Shown here piece after piece: positions 1 to 8,402 of a DNA stretch of 64,000 nt. A program made the translations under genes and the position numbers. Under the pieces are notes generated by a model that was not told where the DNA came from, ran no database searches, and saw nothing but the letters and a program-made list of their open reading frames with translations. Numbering within the stretch: the first letter of the stretch is position 1; every line of letters starts with the position of its first letter. The stretch is from a virus: positions 96,001 through 160,000 of IMG/VR virus record IMGVR_UViG_3300026488_000011; one strand, given 5' to 3'.

Positions 1-1
1 C

Positions 2-247
2 TGTTTTTACAATAATCTCTAACATGTCTAATGCTTCGATAGGTTCTATAGTCTTGTTAAGCAGATTTTTATCATATTCAAATATAGCATAGTTTATACC
101 GACTATCTTCTTCTCAACATCATCATTCGGCATGTCGGTTACAGTTACTAAGTCACTATACTCGTCCTTGAAAACATTTAATACAGTATCTAATACCTTT
201 TCTAAGGCTATTCTTCTTCTTGCTCTTAGCGCTGTCTGTTCTAACAT
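2..247 (-). CDS. Hypothetical protein, partial (runs off window start)
   Basis: ATG at 247 preceded by GAAAGGTG; open frame MLEQTALRARRRIALEKVLD... to the window edge. Confidence 0.6.
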   Translation of the reverse strand, partial: MLEQTALRARRRIALEKVLDTVLNVFKDEYSDLVTVTDMPNDDVEKKIVGINYAIFEYDKNLLNKTIEPIEALDMLEIIVKT

Positions 248-261
248 TTGACACCTTTCAT

Positions 262-639
262 TTACTTAGTTTCAGAATTAGTATCTAATTTGTTTTTTAA
301 ATAAGACTTAGATAGAAACAGTATCGTAGCGGCCTCCAGCATAGAGGCTACACTATCATACTCTTCTTTCTTCTTAGTAGACACAACGTCCTTTATGTAG
401 GTGAGTATCTCGGATAAAAACGGACAGTTTTCTAATAACAACTCAGAACCATCCACAATGATATTCTTATTATCATCGTCTTCTAAATCTTGAAATAACG
501 TAAACGCGTCTTCCATGGCGGCTAAAACTGATGCGATATTCCATGCTTTTTTCTCACCGTTTAGTTCCTTTTTATTTAAGATAATGCCCATGCCTCTTTC
601 TATCATGTTTTCATACATAATTTCTGGATTCACTTTCAT
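262..639 (-). CDS. Hypothetical phage protein (125 aa)
   Basis: ORF track; GGAGGA RBS; co-directional operon packing. Confidence 0.7.
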   Translation of the reverse strand: MKVNPEIMYENMIERGMGIILNKKELNGEKKAWNIASVLAAMEDAFTLFQDLEDDDNKNIIVDGSELLLENCPFLSEILTYIKDVVSTKKKEEYDSVASMLEAATILFLSKSYLKNKLDTNSETK

Positions 640-655
640 TCTTTCCTCCTTTTGT

Positions 656-1273
656 TTATATATTTCCTTTGTGTGGATCAGTAGGATCCTTTCCTTCTGC
701 TATTAAATCTTCAGCTATATCCCAAGCATCTTGGATTATCATCCTTTCTGATAAAGTAAATGGATTAGGACTTTCCAAGCTACAATGTGTTATTACACCA
801 TTTCCTTCTTCGTCAAATCTAAGGAACCCGTCAATTACATGGAGATAATCATCTCTCCATTCTGCAGGCACGTCTTTCTCCGGTAAATGAACTTCATCAT
901 CCCAGCCTTGCAACCTGTTATTCATATACATGTTAAACAGAGCAGGATCAGCTAGTATATACTGTCGCATCATCCAACCAGAGTTATAAATGTTATCATA
1001 ATTCACAGCGTATATCCTATCGTTGAATACAGCTGCACTATGTCTAGCAATTAATTCTTTAGCTTTGTCAATAATGGTATTATTCGTCACAGTCTGGAAA
1101 GTCTGAGTCACCCTCGCTGCAAAATCTTGTCCGTATTGTTGTACCGTTTGGATAAACTGTTGATAATTTCTTTGGAAATAATCCATAGCCCTTTGATCAG
1201 GCATAGCGTTTACCAACATCTTGCTAACAGTATTTAGCATATTTACATCATCCGCTATAATTACATTAGCCAT
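656..1273 (-). CDS. Conserved phiKZ-like phage hypothetical protein (205 aa)
   Basis: ORF with AGGAG RBS; MRQYILADP...QGWDD segment resembles a conserved jumbo-phage family (recalled, not searched). Confidence 0.65.
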   Translation of the reverse strand: MANVIIADDVNMLNTVSKMLVNAMPDQRAMDYFQRNYQQFIQTVQQYGQDFAARVTQTFQTVTNNTIIDKAKELIARHSAAVFNDRIYAVNYDNIYNSGWMMRQYILADPALFNMYMNNRLQGWDDEVHLPEKDVPAEWRDDYLHVIDGFLRFDEEGNGVITHCSLESPNPFTLSERMIIQDAWDIAEDLIAEGKDPTDPHKGNI

Positions 1274-1283
1274 TTTCTTCTCC

Positions 1284-2303
1284 TTATTTTTGCGAGATAA
1301 ACGCCTTATAGACGCGATTGGCTACCGTATCCAGAGATTCAAAAATATCTCTTAGGTAGTCGGGGACCAATAAATCTTTAAACGTTATCTCGTCTTCATT
1401 TTTTAACTTTGGTTTATTCAGAGTCATAGCTCTAATTAAATAATATATAGTTAAATAACTATTCAGTATGCTTTTCCCGTGTAAGTCTTTCATATAGTTA
1501 AGCACATACTTCGGCGTACCTTTATTTAACAGGAATTTATTTAGTAAAAGCATCCAGAACGCTAACATAACGTAATTATCCCTAATGACCGGATCTACCT
1601 CTGACTTCGATAATAATTCATCGTCTATCGTAGTACCCGATATTCCTGTAATTACTTTGTTTACTCTGTTCATTACTAGTTTCACAAATTCTACATCTCT
1701 GAGTACTATGTTAGAATTCATCTTGTTGTAAGTATCTGTAAAAGGTTTGATTTGCGGATGATTCGTCTTTAGCTTAAATAATCTCACTGATGAAATTTTC
1801 TTACCTTTTCTTTCTTCCAGAATTACTAATTTATATTCGTACTCAGAATCTATTTCTTCTATAAGGCTATAATCTATTCTCTGTGCCGTGTGCACAATAT
1901 AATAGAGAATAGAAAGAGGTTTTAATAGTTTTAAATCTTCTCTTGTAAAGCTCCTAATCTTTCTCAGAGTTTTATTGTATTCTAACACATTTTTAAGACT
2001 ATGTCCAGAAATTAGTTTACTTTTAAAATCTTTTACACAATCTCCTGAAGTCGGCTTAAAATTCCTGCATACTTCAGGCACTAGGTCTTCTGGTAATTTG
2101 CAATTTTCTCCATCTAAGAAAATACAATCTTTACTACATATATCAAACGTACCATTGTCCCATTCCTTTCTTATTACTACCAATTTTTCTCTATCAAACA
2201 GCACGGAAAAGCTCCCATTAGCTAATAAATCCGTTTCGTAATATATTTTAGCTAATTCTTGTGGTGTTAATAATGGTTGGCATTTACCGCATACACATTT
2301 CAT
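1284..2303 (-). CDS. Hypothetical protein with Cys-rich N-terminus (339 aa)
   Basis: ORF; MKCVCGKC and further Cys; abuts neighbouring genes. Confidence 0.7.
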   Translation of the reverse strand: MKCVCGKCQPLLTPQELAKIYYETDLLANGSFSVLFDREKLVVIRKEWDNGTFDICSKDCIFLDGENCKLPEDLVPEVCRNFKPTSGDCVKDFKSKLISGHSLKNVLEYNKTLRKIRSFTREDLKLLKPLSILYYIVHTAQRIDYSLIEEIDSEYEYKLVILEERKGKKISSVRLFKLKTNHPQIKPFTDTYNKMNSNIVLRDVEFVKLVMNRVNKVITGISGTTIDDELLSKSEVDPVIRDNYVMLAFWMLLLNKFLLNKGTPKYVLNYMKDLHGKSILNSYLTIYYLIRAMTLNKPKLKNEDEITFKDLLVPDYLRDIFESLDTVANRVYKAFISQK

Positions 2304-2609
2304 TTATTCCTCCTCTTCTATTTCTTCTAAACGTTTTGCTATACTTGTAAGTAAGTTAGTTATTGAGAGTATGTATTCAGACGCCATACGTTTATCTCTC
2401 CATGTGTTTTCATTATCTAATTGTTGCAGCATTGATGTTAACATATTTTGGACAATAGAAAATGCTTTTGCTAATTCTTCTTTGTTTAGTTTATCTAAGA
2501 CATGTTTTAGATTACCAGTAGCTTGTTCGAAATATAACCCTGAGACTATCTTAGATTTTACTTCATCAGTTATCTCGCCATTCAACTGTTTTTTATATGC
2601 TTCATTCAT
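2304..2609 (-). CDS. Hypothetical helical protein (101 aa)
   Basis: ORF; 4-nt ATGA overlap with upstream gene. Confidence 0.65.
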   Translation of the reverse strand: MNEAYKKQLNGEITDEVKSKIVSGLYFEQATGNLKHVLDKLNKEELAKAFSIVQNMLTSMLQQLDNENTWRDKRMASEYILSITNLLTSIAKRLEEIEEEE

Positions 2610-3235
2610 CTCTTCTCCTTCTCTATGGTTTTTACTAATAGTTCTAACAGCCTATCTACTTTAGATTTATCACCCCAGATCGCGATCATAAATTCTCCAG
2701 TTATCATAGCGTCATTATGTCTCAACACTATTTTTTCATCATGACCTATATTGTTACTAAGAATTGTGATTGTTTTCTTATATAGGGATTCTAATTTGTC
2801 TGCTCCAGTTTGTCCATATCGATCCGCAAACTCTTTTATGTTTTCGATATAGATGAAGTAAAGACCTAGCGTCATGACTTCCTCACCGTACTTTGCCATA
2901 GTGGAATTCATGATACCTGCTTTTAGTATATGCTCGCTATCTTCATTATCTTTATCAAACAGTGCTTCCGCTGACACCATAATAGGACATTCGCTCTTTA
3001 TTGCTTCGTATTCTCTATCTGATTCCAAAATTTCATCTTCGGTCCTATCTAGGATATCGAAAACGCTATCTAGTTCTTCTAGTAAATTTGTTAATTTACC
3101 ATTTGTCACAAATGTTAAACGCTCGATATTTAGCCCTGTAATGGTGCTGTAAAACGTAGCAGACGGAGTATTATCGCCAGATAATAATAAGTTGTCTACC
3201 AACCTGTTCATATTACCAAATCTCACATATCTCAT
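2606..3235 (-). CDS. Hypothetical protein with degenerate, truncated GGDEF-like C-terminal domain
   Basis: LGLYFIYIENIKEFADRYGQTGAD...R...ITGEFMIAI aligns by eye with the GGDEF pattern LxxxDIDxFKxxNDxYGHxxGD...RxGGDEFxI; catalytic residues not conserved. Confidence 0.5.
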   Translation of the reverse strand: MRYVRFGNMNRLVDNLLLSGDNTPSATFYSTITGLNIERLTFVTNGKLTNLLEELDSVFDILDRTEDEILESDREYEAIKSECPIMVSAEALFDKDNEDSEHILKAGIMNSTMAKYGEEVMTLGLYFIYIENIKEFADRYGQTGADKLESLYKKTITILSNNIGHDEKIVLRHNDAMITGEFMIAIWGDKSKVDRLLELLVKTIEKEKR

Positions 3236-3272
3236 TTCTACCTCCTTTTATTTAGTTCTTATTCTCTACTTA

Positions 3273-3280
3273 GTAATATA
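3273..3280 (-). promoter_or_regulatory. Putative early (virion-RNAP) promoter TATATTAC
   Basis: Matches the phiKZ early promoter consensus TATATTAC; variants TATATTAT/TATATAAC/TATATAAT lie 30-60 nt upstream of six other minus-strand genes. Confidence 0.55.
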
Positions 3281-3312
3281 TAGATTTATTATTCTAGAAA
3301 CGAAGAAAAAAA

Positions 3313-3337
3313 AGGTGCAGGGAGTTACCCTGCACCT
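3313..3337 (-). terminator. Intrinsic terminator after nvRNAP beta' exon 3
   Basis: 10-bp perfect stem AGGTGCAGGG/CCCTGCACCT followed by a U-tract on the minus strand; overlaps the stop codon. Confidence 0.8.
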
Positions 3338-3546
3338 AACAGCTTTCTAGCTACTGGATCGTCTTCAGGACTACGGCTATCTTCTCTCATGTGTGTAAAG
3401 TTAGATAGCGTAGCCACTGTGGTAGACGGTATATATAAGTTTTTATTAACCTTACCGTCTATGTCTATGATGTTGTAATGTGGAGAAAACTTCTTAGCTA
3501 TCTCCGCCATCTTATTATCTAGTAATATAGTAGCATTCATTTCGTC
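3325..3546 (-). CDS. rpoC: Non-virion RNA polymerase beta'-like subunit (phiKZ gp55/56.1-like), exon 3
   Basis: Starts GAC GAA ATG AAT (D-E-M-N) directly after the intron terminal G at 3547; completes NGDFDGDEMN; matches the beta' continuation DQM-type motif. Confidence 0.88.
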   Translation of the reverse strand, partial: DEMNATILLDNKMAEIAKKFSPHYNIIDIDGKVNKNLYIPSTTVATLSNFTHMREDSRSPEDDPVARKLLGAG

Positions 3547-3962
3547 CGTGATGTTCAGACAGGGTCGTTACTCCTGTCCCGCGGCATTACCCGCAGCTCT
3601 AGCTTTCACTAGAGACCAGACTATACCATCACCCTTTACCATAGGATCAATTATCCCTTAGGCAGTCGGGTGCCCTCCGTTTCGAACTCACTTGAGTCCT
3701 ACTCTACTCGGTTTTCACTATTCCGTTTCCAGAATAGCTATCCTTTCGACAGTCGTTGAACACACACCATATCCATTTGGACGTAGGTGCTTCGCTGCGG
3801 ATCGTCCTATACTAACGAGCTTTTTACTATACCATGGAGCACTCGCCTCCCCATGCCCTTATCCGGTTTCCCGGATAAGTTAGTACTCATTAGCTTCAGG
3901 ATGTCTCCGCAATTAGGAGGGTTTTTAACTAGAGTATTTCTACTCTAGGACAGCCAGTATTA
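3547..3962 (-). ncRNA. Group I intron 2 (ORF-less, IA-like, 416 nt)
   Basis: 5' splice GGT|TAA; P1 GACGGU/GCUGUC with terminal U-G; P3 CCCUCC/GGAGGG; Q GAUCCGCAGC; R GUUCAACGACUG; S GGUAUAGUC; extra helices between P7 and P3'; ends in G. Confidence 0.9.
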
Positions 3963-3971
3963 ACCGTCGAA
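3963..3971 (-). CDS. rpoC: nvRNAP beta'-like subunit, 9-nt micro-exon 2 (TTC GAC GGT = F-D-G)
   Basis: Exactly supplies the missing FDG of the DFDGD motif in frame; flanked by the terminal G of intron 1 and the U|TAA start of intron 2. Confidence 0.88.
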
Positions 3972-4383
3972 CGAGTACAATGTACTCGGACCATATCTTC
4001 ATCCCTTACCATAGGATAGATCATCCCTTAGGTAGTCGGATGCTCCCCGTTTCCCATCCAATTAGATGGTACCCTACTCGCTTTACCAGTAGTTACACTA
4101 CCAGCGGGCAGTCTTACCTTACCCTCACTATTACTATACCTTTCGGTATAGTCGCAGCTTTCGGTGGCCTCTGAACACATCCCATATCTATAAAAGACGT
4201 AGGGACTTCGCTGCGTCGATTCCGCAACACTATGACGTTTTTACCATACTCGTCGCTTCCATTACTGGGACGAGTATCATACTCGGTTTCCCGGTATGAG
4301 TGGTAGTCATAGCTTTTACACGGTTCCCGCAGTTAGGGGAGTATTTTGCTAGAGTATTACTACTCTAGGGTGACCTCGACCCG

Positions 4384-5673
4384 TTAAACTTTAACAACTC
4401 TTTTAATACCCAGAGAATCTATTATAGGTACATTTTTATCTTTTATGCAGTTAATGATGGTCTTTTGACTTACGTTAAAATGTCGAGCTGTCTCTCGTAT
4501 GCCCTTGAATTCCTTCTTTGTCCCGTCTTTAAATTCTACTAATATAGAAGTACTCCTAGAATAGTTGACTAAATTATCCATACACCACTTACCATTTTTC
4601 CATAACACCCAATCATTTATACGGTAACATTTGTCATCGTTTAGAAATTTTGCTAACTTAGCTCCGCTAATCTTTAAAAACTTTTTAGCTGGCTTTATAC
4701 CATTAAATTCTTTTACTTCACCTGTAACTAAATTTTTAACTTTCACCGGTTCTTTAGATTGTTTTTTATGTAGTTTAAATAATTCATATCTTTCATGGTC
4801 CTTTAAAACATCCAATAACATAGAATCCTTGTATAGGTAACCTTTTTCACCAGTCAATTTCCTCCACAATTTAGTCTTGTTATTATAGAACTCCAATTCG
4901 CCAGATTCTTTATTTCTAACGATTATACCCCATGGTAAATCTATTAAACTAGGATCCATAAGATACTGCCTATAACTATTGTCGTCTGCTAAATAATATA
5001 ATTCATCAGGTTCTGTCTCTGAATCAGAGGTCTTGCTAAACCAAGACGGGGTCTTCTTGTCAGATATAGTAGATTTACTTAACCCTAATATTTTACTCAC
5101 CCTGTTTAAATTACTACAAAACCAGATCCTTTTATCTAATACATTTGTTAACACATACATACCTAGCTTTAAGTTTGTTCTTGTATGTACGTTAGCAGAA
5201 TTTTGTTCCATGGTAGTCCAATGAATATTTTCTAAACGATTGTCCTTTTTATTGTTATTTTTATGGTCTACGATATAATCTGTAACAAAATCATTATTCG
5301 GCAACCATGCATATGCCATAAGGCGGTGTACTGTCGTTCTGTAGTGAGAATGTGTTTGTGTTGTGATTATGACACAATTATAACCGCTGCAATCAGATGT
5401 TTTTAATTTGGTGTTTGTTATTAAGTCATAAACATTTCCTACCTTATCTACAGCATACCTAGGCGCTATTGGGACAACAGCATATTCTTTCTTTGTTCTC
5501 ACACTGCAAAATACAACAGGCCTATCAAACATTGGTATATGTACTACTTCATACGGACCATTGCCTTGTCTTATCCTGGCAGGAACGTACTTTATGATGT
5601 TCTTTAACCACTCTAAACCTTTTGGGTATTTGTAATTCTCTGGGTATCTTATAAATTGTTTTTTGATCTTCAT
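4384..5673 (-). CDS. Intron-encoded HNH homing endonuclease with C-terminal NUMOD1/IENR1-like DNA-binding repeats
   Basis: VHRLMAYAW...DHKNNNKKDNRLENIHW HNH motif; repeats VKNLVTGEVKEFNGIKPAKKFL and EFKDGTKKEFKGIRETARHF. Confidence 0.88.
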   Translation of the reverse strand: MKIKKQFIRYPENYKYPKGLEWLKNIIKYVPARIRQGNGPYEVVHIPMFDRPVVFCSVRTKKEYAVVPIAPRYAVDKVGNVYDLITNTKLKTSDCSGYNCVIITTQTHSHYRTTVHRLMAYAWLPNNDFVTDYIVDHKNNNKKDNRLENIHWTTMEQNSANVHTRTNLKLGMYVLTNVLDKRIWFCSNLNRVSKILGLSKSTISDKKTPSWFSKTSDSETEPDELYYLADDNSYRQYLMDPSLIDLPWGIIVRNKESGELEFYNNKTKLWRKLTGEKGYLYKDSMLLDVLKDHERYELFKLHKKQSKEPVKVKNLVTGEVKEFNGIKPAKKFLKISGAKLAKFLNDDKCYRINDWVLWKNGKWCMDNLVNYSRSTSILVEFKDGTKKEFKGIRETARHFNVSQKTIINCIKDKNVPIIDSLGIKRVVKV

Positions 5674-5676
5674 TCT

Positions 5677-5710
5677 TAACTCCTTTTTAAGTACTCAGTA
5701 TAAGGAGTTA
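5677..5710 (-). promoter_or_regulatory. RBS-sequestering hairpin of the homing endonuclease gene
   Basis: UAACUCCUU pairs perfectly with AAGGAGUUA (contains the Shine-Dalgarno), 16-nt loop. Confidence 0.7.
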
Positions 5711-5749
5711 TTGTTTTAAAAAATGCTGTGTTTAACGGGTCTATAACGC

Positions 5750-6964
5750 ATCACCGTTTGGCGCTTTGATAGTCATCATGTTTACACCGATGGTCTTATC
5801 TTCGATATTAGTTTTGAATTTAGTTATATAATAGAGTTGACTAGACCCCATTAACAAGCTAGGATTCCTGTTAAATATTACAGGGATTCCTTTATAAGGA
5901 GATTCTTCTATCAACTCGTTCAGAATTTCTTCTATTACTGGATAATGCTTGTTGACGGCTTCAAAAACTAGGTTAGAAGCTTCTTTATACGTGTATCCTC
6001 TTTTTAAGAGCTTATTTATAATATGCGGTCTAAATGCAGTAGGACCTATTATCCATGGTACATGCAACACATCATAATCTTCGCTGGTAGGGAGTGAGGT
6101 GATTACCGCTCTGAAGGTAAAATGACTACGAGTACCATAGATATGTTTTCTCACCATTCCTTTTTTACCGGATAGCTTTTCTTTACTATATTTGATAAAG
6201 AGCTTAGCTATCCCGGAGATTATTTTACCTACACCATTCTCTACCTTTTTACTGTAAGGATCCATGTTTGCTAACTTTACTGCTAATAGCGATATATCGA
6301 TAACGTCTCCTAACATAGTAGTGGTATAAGCATCCTTCCCTGTTACTTCCATTACAAATAGTCTCTTATTCACTAACGGTAAATAATCTACTAGGAGTTT
6401 ATCCCTATTCCTTTTCCATTCCTCTAGCAATCTCTTGGCTTTCTTATCCTTTTTATTGGATTTAAACACAGAATTATTAGCTATATAGAGCAATATTTTC
6501 TCTATGTTATTTATAACGTTTAGATACCCCCTACCTCCTATTATATTTTTGATAGAATGGAGATATGTAGGTATCTTAGGAGGATTATAAGAAGTATCTG
6601 CTAACCAGCGTAGCCCGTCTATTCTTTTACCTAATATAGATGTGAGTTGATTCCAGAAATGCGGATTTAGGAATTTTAAATCATCCCTGAACTTCTCTAT
6701 CCATAGTAGCGGCTTTATTATGTCAAAAGCTTTCACTACAGAAGTACCGCATTTAGGACATGTCTGACCGAGTCTCCATGCACCTTTGAAATACCCGCAC
6801 TCGCATTGTGGTATGATGGAAATTTCGTCCTCGTATTGAGTAAACAACAGCTTTTTCATTTTCTCAGGTTCGACGTCGGTTATTTTAAAGTTGTTGAGAA
6901 TTAACTTACGATCTGTTTCGTGGAAATATTGATTTAGATCATTATAGTCTTGTACTATTGGCAT
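5750..6964 (-). CDS. rpoC: Non-virion RNA polymerase beta'-like subunit (phiKZ gp55-like), exon 1
   Basis: Zn-binding CECG...CPKCG; GKKGMVRKHIYGTRSHFTFRAVI (beta' GKxGRFRxNLLGKRVDYSGRSVI); FNRNPSL; ends APNGD at the splice site; spliced product 481 aa. Confidence 0.9.
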
Positions 6965-6982
6965 TCTTCCTCCTTTTGTTTG

Positions 6983-7243
6983 TTACGTGTTATAATGGTC
7001 AATTTGTTCAAATGCGTCGATTAGGCCTAAATCGAGCATTTCGTTTATGATAAGTAATAATTCATCTGCGTATTGATTAATTACTAGACGATCCTTAATA
7101 AGACGTTCGTCTAAAGTAACTACTACGCAGACATCCCTTTTACAAGGTTTTACGAAAACGCATCTAGATAAGTTTTCGGTACGTTCCATGATAAATTCAT
7201 GGATTGTTTCTGGTTCTTCAATTGTGAACAATAGGTACCGCAT
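6983..7243 (-). CDS. Hypothetical protein (86 aa)
   Basis: ORF with GGAG RBS. Confidence 0.6.
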   Translation of the reverse strand: MRYLLFTIEEPETIHEFIMERTENLSRCVFVKPCKRDVCVVVTLDERLIKDRLVINQYADELLLIINEMLDLGLIDAFEQIDHYNT

Positions 7244-7328
7244 GCAACTCCTTCAGTGTTTTAAAATTTTAAGTTATTCAGGTCGATGACCAAATTAATA
7301 ATATAAAAATAAAAAAATGTGTGATACG

Positions 7329-7356
7329 ACATAGAGGTGTAACTACACCTCTATGT
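7329..7356 (-). terminator. Putative intrinsic terminator
   Basis: 12-bp perfect stem ACATAGAGGTGT/ACACCTCTATGT overlapping the stop of 7343-7801; U-rich tract beyond. Confidence 0.65.
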
Positions 7357-7801
7357 GATTTAATCTAATTGAGACCTTTGCTCTTAGCTTAGATATCTTG
7401 CCTTGATATACTCTTACAATTTCTTCGTCCTCGAAGATGATGTACTCATCGACAACTTCGCATTCGTCTTGATCCAATATAGATAAGACTGCGTCTCTCT
7501 CGCTACCAAGACGCACACCATATACATCTACTTCGATAGCAATGGAGTAGCTGTATAGTGCGTTGTGTAGTTTATCTATTATTCTATCAGGATGCATGCA
7601 TCCTGGCTGGTAATTAACGTAAACTGTGATTTCAACCGCTAATAAATTATTATTTTCATCAACGACCTCTACTTCTTCTATCTTAACCTCCATAGGACTA
7701 ATCTCATTTTCTAGATATTCTTTTAATCCATCTATATCTAGGTTTTTATTGGTTTTGAATTCTAAAGCTCTGAACCAAAGTTGTGGATTATGCGTATTCA
7801 T
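7343..7801 (-). CDS. Hypothetical protein (152 aa)
   Basis: ORF with AGGAG RBS. Confidence 0.65.
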   Translation of the reverse strand: MNTHNPQLWFRALEFKTNKNLDIDGLKEYLENEISPMEVKIEEVEVVDENNNLLAVEITVYVNYQPGCMHPDRIIDKLHNALYSYSIAIEVDVYGVRLGSERDAVLSILDQDECEVVDEYIIFEDEEIVRVYQGKISKLRAKVSIRLNHIEV

Positions 7802-8312
7802 TTATTCTCCTTTTGTTATTTGGGTTACTGGATACTTCTTCCTTATAGTCTTCATTAAACTGATCCTTGGTTTCTTTACCTTCATCTGTGTCTACAACTT
7901 TGTCTTGTTTCATTAGGACATCAACATACTCACTTCTTAAGTCTGATAATTCCTGACTATCTTGACCGTTGTTATCTTCCAGCATTTTCCTCATCTGACT
8001 TAGCATTGTTAGTTTATGATCTAGTTCTGAGGAATCCTCATCCAGTTTAAATAATGCTGCTTTTGTTGCCGCGATGTCTAGGACCTCATTTATTAAATCT
8101 AGAGCTAGTTTATTTTTCACTTCTAGCTCTTTGATTTTGATTTTCAGCTCGCGATTCTCTTTTATGTTATTTTCAATTTCATTCGTCATATTCCAGAAGT
8201 CATCTATCAATTTACTTCTGTCTCGCTTGCAGGTATCTAATTCTTGTTCTAACCTTTCTATTAACGCATTAGCTTTGTCTACTAATGATTCTAACCACGC
8301 TACTCTATCCAT
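7788..8312 (-). CDS. Coiled-coil hypothetical protein (174 aa)
   Basis: ORF with AGGAG RBS; heptad-like charged helix. Confidence 0.65.
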   Translation of the reverse strand: MDRVAWLESLVDKANALIERLEQELDTCKRDRSKLIDDFWNMTNEIENNIKENRELKIKIKELEVKNKLALDLINEVLDIAATKAALFKLDEDSSELDHKLTMLSQMRKMLEDNNGQDSQELSDLRSEYVDVLMKQDKVVDTDEGKETKDQFNEDYKEEVSSNPNNKRRINEYA

Positions 8313-8372
8313 TTTACTCTCCTTTTTATTTAATGTTCGCTCCTATTAGTTATATATAAGTAAAAAAAATAG

Positions 8373-8402
8373 ATACTATCAGGATCTAGATCCTGATAGT
8401 AT
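8373..8402 (-). terminator. 30-bp perfect palindrome / putative terminator
   Basis: ATACTATCAGGATCTAGATCCTGATAGTAT, followed by U-tract on the minus strand. Confidence 0.7.

Larger units (their letters stand above)
3972..5749 (-). mobile_element. Group I intron 1 (1778 nt) with homing endonuclease gene in the P1 loop
   Basis: P1 exon GGUGAU/IGS GUCACC (U-G at splice site); P10 UUCGAC/GUCGAG; P3 CUCCCC/GGGGAG; R GUUCAGAGGCCA; S AAGAUAUGGUCC; terminal G at 3972. Confidence 0.9.

Noticed and set aside
3325-3540. Stand-alone 71-aa protein
   Set aside because: It is exon 3 of the beta' subunit and has no convincing RBS.
3692-4174. Plus-strand ORFs 3692-3883 and 3980-4174
   Set aside because: Antisense to the ribozyme cores; chance ORFs in GC-richer structured RNA.
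5741-6964. Truncated/pseudogenised RNAP beta' ending NGDAL-stop
   Set aside because: The last two codons and the stop belong to intron 1; splicing restores a full in-frame gene.
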